The notes under the pieces are model-generated. The model was not told where the DNA came from, made no database searches, and saw nothing but the letters and a program-made list of their open reading frames with translations. DNA of 64,000 nt. Origin: Octopus sinensis (lineage: Eukaryota). The stretch spans positions 23,188,001 through 23,252,000 of the forward strand of contig NC_042999.1 of the NCBI RefSeq assembly GCF_006345805.1. Reading direction: 5' to 3'. The position numbers and the translations under genes were made by a program. This document shows, piece by piece, positions 1 to 64,000 of the stretch (within the stretch, counting starts at the first letter, position 1; each line of letters opens with the position of its first letter).

Positions 1-272
1 TTTATTTGTGAAATACAGTTGCTTTGAATTTGCTTCAGAAAGGGGTCTGCGTTTGTGATGGTTAGTTGGGGTGGGGTGCTAGGAATGTGGCCTGTGTGTC
101 AAGGGGTCAGCAGCCCTAAAAAGTTTGGGAACCACTGCATTAGAGGGTGACCAAGAAACAGAGAAGTAATTTCTGGAATAGATACAGAAGAGAGAGGGGG
201 GAGAGAGAGTAAGAGAGAGAGAGAGGAGGAGGGAGAGAGAGAGAGAGAGTAAGAAATAAAGTGTTAACCTAC

Positions 273-60582
<60,310 letters not shown>

Positions 60583-60789
60583 CTGCCAAAGAAAGGAAAT
60601 ACTTCTGAGATATTATGCCAAAATGTTTAAGTCAGATTTCTTATATTATTTTTTATGTGTGAAATTCTCTTTTTTATACTTATGTAATTTTTTTGGATCT
60701 TATATAGATGTTATTAACAGAATATTTCTACAGGAAGAAAAGAAAGAAAAAGCATTAAAAGTATAAAATGATAAACGTCGCACTTATCA

Positions 60790-61082
60790 ACCCTAGCCAG
60801 ACTCATGGGCTCGGTTTCTCGGTTTCTGAGGCGTATGTGTTCCCCCCAGCTGGACGGGACGCCAGTCCATCGCAGCGTTACTCAAGAAACAGGAAGACAG
60901 AGTGAGAGAAAGTTGGGGCGAAAGAGTACAACAGGGGTCGCCACCACCCCTTGCCAGAGCCTCATGGAGCTTTTAGGTGTTTTTGCTCAATAAACACACA
61001 CAAAGCCCGGTCTGGGAATCGAAACCGCCATCCTCCAACCGCGGGTCTGCTGCCCTAACCACTCGGCCATTGTGCTTCCACT
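60790..61082 (-). mobile_element. tRNA-derived SINE family D
   Basis: Head tggccgagtggttaggg...gtttcgattccc followed by non-tRNA body; relative at 19665-19890; other tRNA-head SINEs at 51655 and 52246. Confidence 0.75.
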
Positions 61083-61433
61083 ATTAAAAGTAGAAAAGTC
61101 CAAATTATTGAGAAAAAACCCCTAACTACCTCACCCAGGAAACAAGCAAAAAGTAAAAAGTATGGAGGGGGGTTAAGCAGCAGAAGATGTGGAGGGAGAA
61201 AGGGGTTGCACACTCCAGAACAAATTGTATAATTAGCCATACCTTGTGGACATGATCGCAATGGTGTTGCCATGGGGTATGACCAGCATCACTCACTGCA
61301 ACAACCACCCAACCCTGCAGGGCTTGTTTCTTGGACGGACCACAGTTATCCCAATTTTGCAGAGGAAACTGACAGTGCAGGGTCTGAGAACTCCAGGTCT
61401 CAATGGTGATTGGCACAAATGGATAGTTGCTGG

Positions 61434-62321
61434 GGATCTTTTCCCTTTGAATGGCAGATCTAGAAATTAATTTTTTGTAACTAAACACTTTCAAACTTCG
61501 TATACTGGCAGAATGTGTTATATAAAACCTCTTTTACTCTTAGTGTTGTTGAGAAAGGTTTCTATTTTCAAAGTTATCTCGTGTTAAAGATGTCGTATTT
61601 TGATAATTTCAACCAATCAATGACGCGTATTCAGCTGAATAAAATTACTGCTGTTGTTTGTCAACAATAACTATCGGCGGTGTATATTTCATTTATCACT
61701 GTTATTTATGACATCGTTCATGCGTTTGTACTGGTTTTAGCTTTAAGGGGTTAGGGTTAGGGCTTTAGAGTTAGGATTAAGGTTAGGATTTTACGGTTAG
61801 GGTTTTAGGGTTAGGGTTTTAGGGTTAGGGTTTTAGAGTTAGGGTTAGGGGGGTTGGGTTAGGGTGTTAGGGTTAAGGTTGGGGTTTTAGGGTTAGGATT
61901 GGGATATTAGGGTTAGAGTTACGGAAAAAAGTGACAAACAGGAAAAAAAAACTAAAAGCAGTAGAAATGCATGAACAATTGTGGTGGTGCCATGAAGTAA
62001 ACATGCTTCAGATACACTTGTTTATTCATACAAACGTAACTGAGATGAAATATGTCATAAATAACAGTGACAAACGAAATATACACCACCGGAAGTTGTT
62101 GTTGACAAATAACAGCAGTAATTTTATTCAGCTGAATACATGTCATTGATTGGTTGAAATTACTGAAACACGACAACTTTAACAAGAAATAACTTTGAAA
62201 ATACAAACTTTTCTCAACAACACTAAGAGTAAAAGATGTTTTATATGACACATTATACCAGTGTCTGAAGTTTGAAAGTGTTTAGTTACAAAAAATTAAT
62301 TTCTCAATCTACTGTTCAAAG
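61434..62321. mobile_element. Foldback relative of the 45918 element: about 275-bp inverted arms around a TTAGGG-like array
   Basis: Starts ggatcttttccctttgaatggcag; arms about 61445-61720 and 62046-62321; shares taactaaacactt..aaacttcgtatactgg with 45963; right TIR tip lost, partial TSD gctgg remains. Confidence 0.85.
61736..61921 (+). repeat. Interstitial degenerate telomere-like repeat (TTAGGG/TTTTAGGG)n
   Basis: About 185 bp of ttaggg variants. Confidence 0.9.
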
Positions 62322-62723
62322 CTGGTCAGGCTTCTGTGCCTGTTTCTCTATCTCTCCTCTGTGTTACAGATGGCGATGCCCAGACTTGTGACTGATGCAA
62401 CAAGATTGAAGCAGGAGAATGTGTCACAGCACGTTGCATTCCAGACTAGGGATCTGCCTCCTTCACATGGGTACAGGGTTATTCTGCAAGTTTATTAATT
62501 TCAAATTTTTATTTTCTTTTATTTTTTTCTTTGCTTATTGGACAATACAACCGAAACCTTATCACTGTTATGTGTAACCATAGTCAAGACATCTGATCTC
62601 TCAGATGACCCAAATCCACCTCATATTAGTAGGTACATCAAGATCAGTATCATAGTGTGAGGTGTACTGGGAGTGCAGGCCACACAGGGCAGCCACAGGG
62701 TGACCTGTTGTGCTTGAGGAGAC

Positions 62724-63095
62724 CTATTGAGTCAAGTACATCAATATCAAAATAAATATCAAATGGAAATTGTAGTTACAATGCCTGTGCCGGTGGCACA
62801 TAAAAAGCACCATCCGAATGTGGCCGATGCCAGCGCCGCCTTGACTGGCTTCTGTACCAGTGGCACGTAAAAAGCACCAACTGATCGTGGCCGTTGCCAG
62901 CCTCTCCTGCCAGCACGTAAAAAGCACCCACTACACTCATGGAGTGGTTGGCGTTAGGAAGGGCATCCAGCTGTAGAAACACTGCCAGATCAGACTGGAG
63001 CCTGGTACAGCCCCCTGGCTTCCCAGACCCCAGTTGAACCGTCCAACCCATGCTAGCATGGAAAACGGACGTTAAACAATGATGATGATGATGAT
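62724..63095 (+). mobile_element. Retroposon family B ending ccaacccatgctagcatggaaa.cggacgttaaac(GAT)n; representative of about 20 copies
   Basis: Shared core ggcgttaggaagggcatccagctgtagaaa and (GAT)n tail. Copies at about 1360, 6845, 8880, 11030, 12362, 15470, 25955, 32425, 35787, 39270, 40030, 53335, 58057, 58745 and 59730. Confidence 0.88.
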
Positions 63096-64000
63096 CTTTG
63101 TTGTAGTTGAAGGTTTATAACATTTAAGGAAGGGGACAGCAGTTTTGGCTCTGGCACAGGGTGGTTGAAACTCACGCTACACCACTGATCAAGATAGGAA
63201 TAATTTATCAATGTCAGCAATAATGAGTGCTCCAACTAGCTTTCTGAACTGAGCCCCTGAGAGTAAATCTATAGATACAGCAGGACTCATTTTAGATTTC
63301 ATATATTCTTTTACTTTTACTTGTTTCAGTCATTTGACTGTGGCCATGCAGGAGCACCGCCTTTAGTTGAGCAAATCGACTCCAGGACTTATTCTTTGTA
63401 AGCCTAGTACTTATTCTATTGGTCTCTTTTGCTGAACTGCTAAGTTACGGGGACGTAAACACACCAGCATCGGTTGTCAAGCGATGTTGGGGGGACAAAC
63501 ACAGACACACAAACATATATATATATATCACTTGACAACTAATGCTGGTGTGCTTACATCCCTGTAACTTAGCGGTTCAGCAAAAGAGACCAATAGAATA
63601 AGTTCTAGGCTTACAAAGAATAAGTCCTTAGGTCGATTTGCTCAACTAAAGGTAGTGCTCTAGCATGGCCACAGTCTAATGACTGAAACAATTAAAAGAA
63701 TAAAAGAATTAAAAGAATATATATATATATATATGATGGGTTTCTTTCAGTTTCTGTCTTCTAAATCCACTTGCAAAACTTTGGTCAGGTCAGGGTTGCA
63801 GTAGGAAACACTTGTCCAGGGTTCCATGCAATGGGAGTGAAACCATATGGCCAGGCAGCCCCTACATCTGTAGAAAAAAAAATTGCCTTTTGTTTGATTT
63901 CTTTAATATTTTGATTATTACTGGACCAAAATTGTCTTCCATTTATGGAATGGAATGAGGAAATTCACATCAAACAGAGGACTAATTATATGCTTTTCCA

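Larger units (their letters stand above)
61230..62485 (-). mobile_element. CRE-like non-LTR retrotransposon RLE fragment, split by a foldback DNA element
   Basis: Joining the flanks gives GITLYPCEGGRSLVWNATCCDTF...RSLTSNYPFVPITIETW...VIPHGNTIAIM, resembling the CRE-clade RLE pattern (DG.TL.PW..G..LVWD.T..DT / F.P...ET.G / AIQRGNA). Confidence 0.7.

Noticed and set aside
61008-61082. tRNA-like sequence (also 51655, 52246, 43225)
   Set aside because: A and B boxes are present, but there is no proper acceptor stem and it continues into a SINE body
61736-61921. True chromosome end or fusion site
   Set aside because: Short, degenerate, single-orientation array enclosed by transposon arms within an intron
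62370-62470. Plus-strand exon-like ORF MAMPRLVTDATRL after a strong polypyrimidine-AG
   Set aside because: Better explained as the antisense strand of the CRE-like RLE fragment; no partner exons seen
63176-63235. Possible upstream TEP1 exon with gtgagt donor
   Set aside because: Stops in all frames from the good acceptor, and the short alternative has no TEP1 resemblance

Overview
Eukaryotic, AT-rich, repeat-saturated genomic DNA. The SINE families resemble, from memory and not from a search, those of octopus or another coleoid cephalopod. The whole window lies inside one minus-strand multi-exon gene, a TEP1 (telomerase protein component 1 / vault protein)-like gene. I traced 19 GT-AG exons by hand (2639 coding nt, about 4% of the window). 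They encode the end of the TROVE-associated vWA-like region, DUF4062, a NACHT/STAND ATPase (Walker A GKAGCGKS, Walker B ILVFIDGLD), helical domains and the first WD40 repeat. Eighteen exons splice in one open frame. A phase break before the last exon suggests at least one exon is hidden, probably in the 100-N gap at 2037-2136. The gene runs off both ends of the window. The introns hold several SINE families, RLE-type (R4/Dong-like, CRE-like) and CR1-like LINE fragments, decayed mariners, piggyBac-, hAT- and Merlin-like MITEs, and very long microsatellites. Two less obvious patterns stand out. The first is about eight decayed minimal type I hammerhead ribozyme motifs, several tied to intronic palindromes, which fits Penelope-like pLTR or retrozyme relics. 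The second is a TIR element family with an 8-bp TSD that carries TTAGGG telomere-like arrays. Most ORFs in the supplied track are microsatellite or SINE artefacts.
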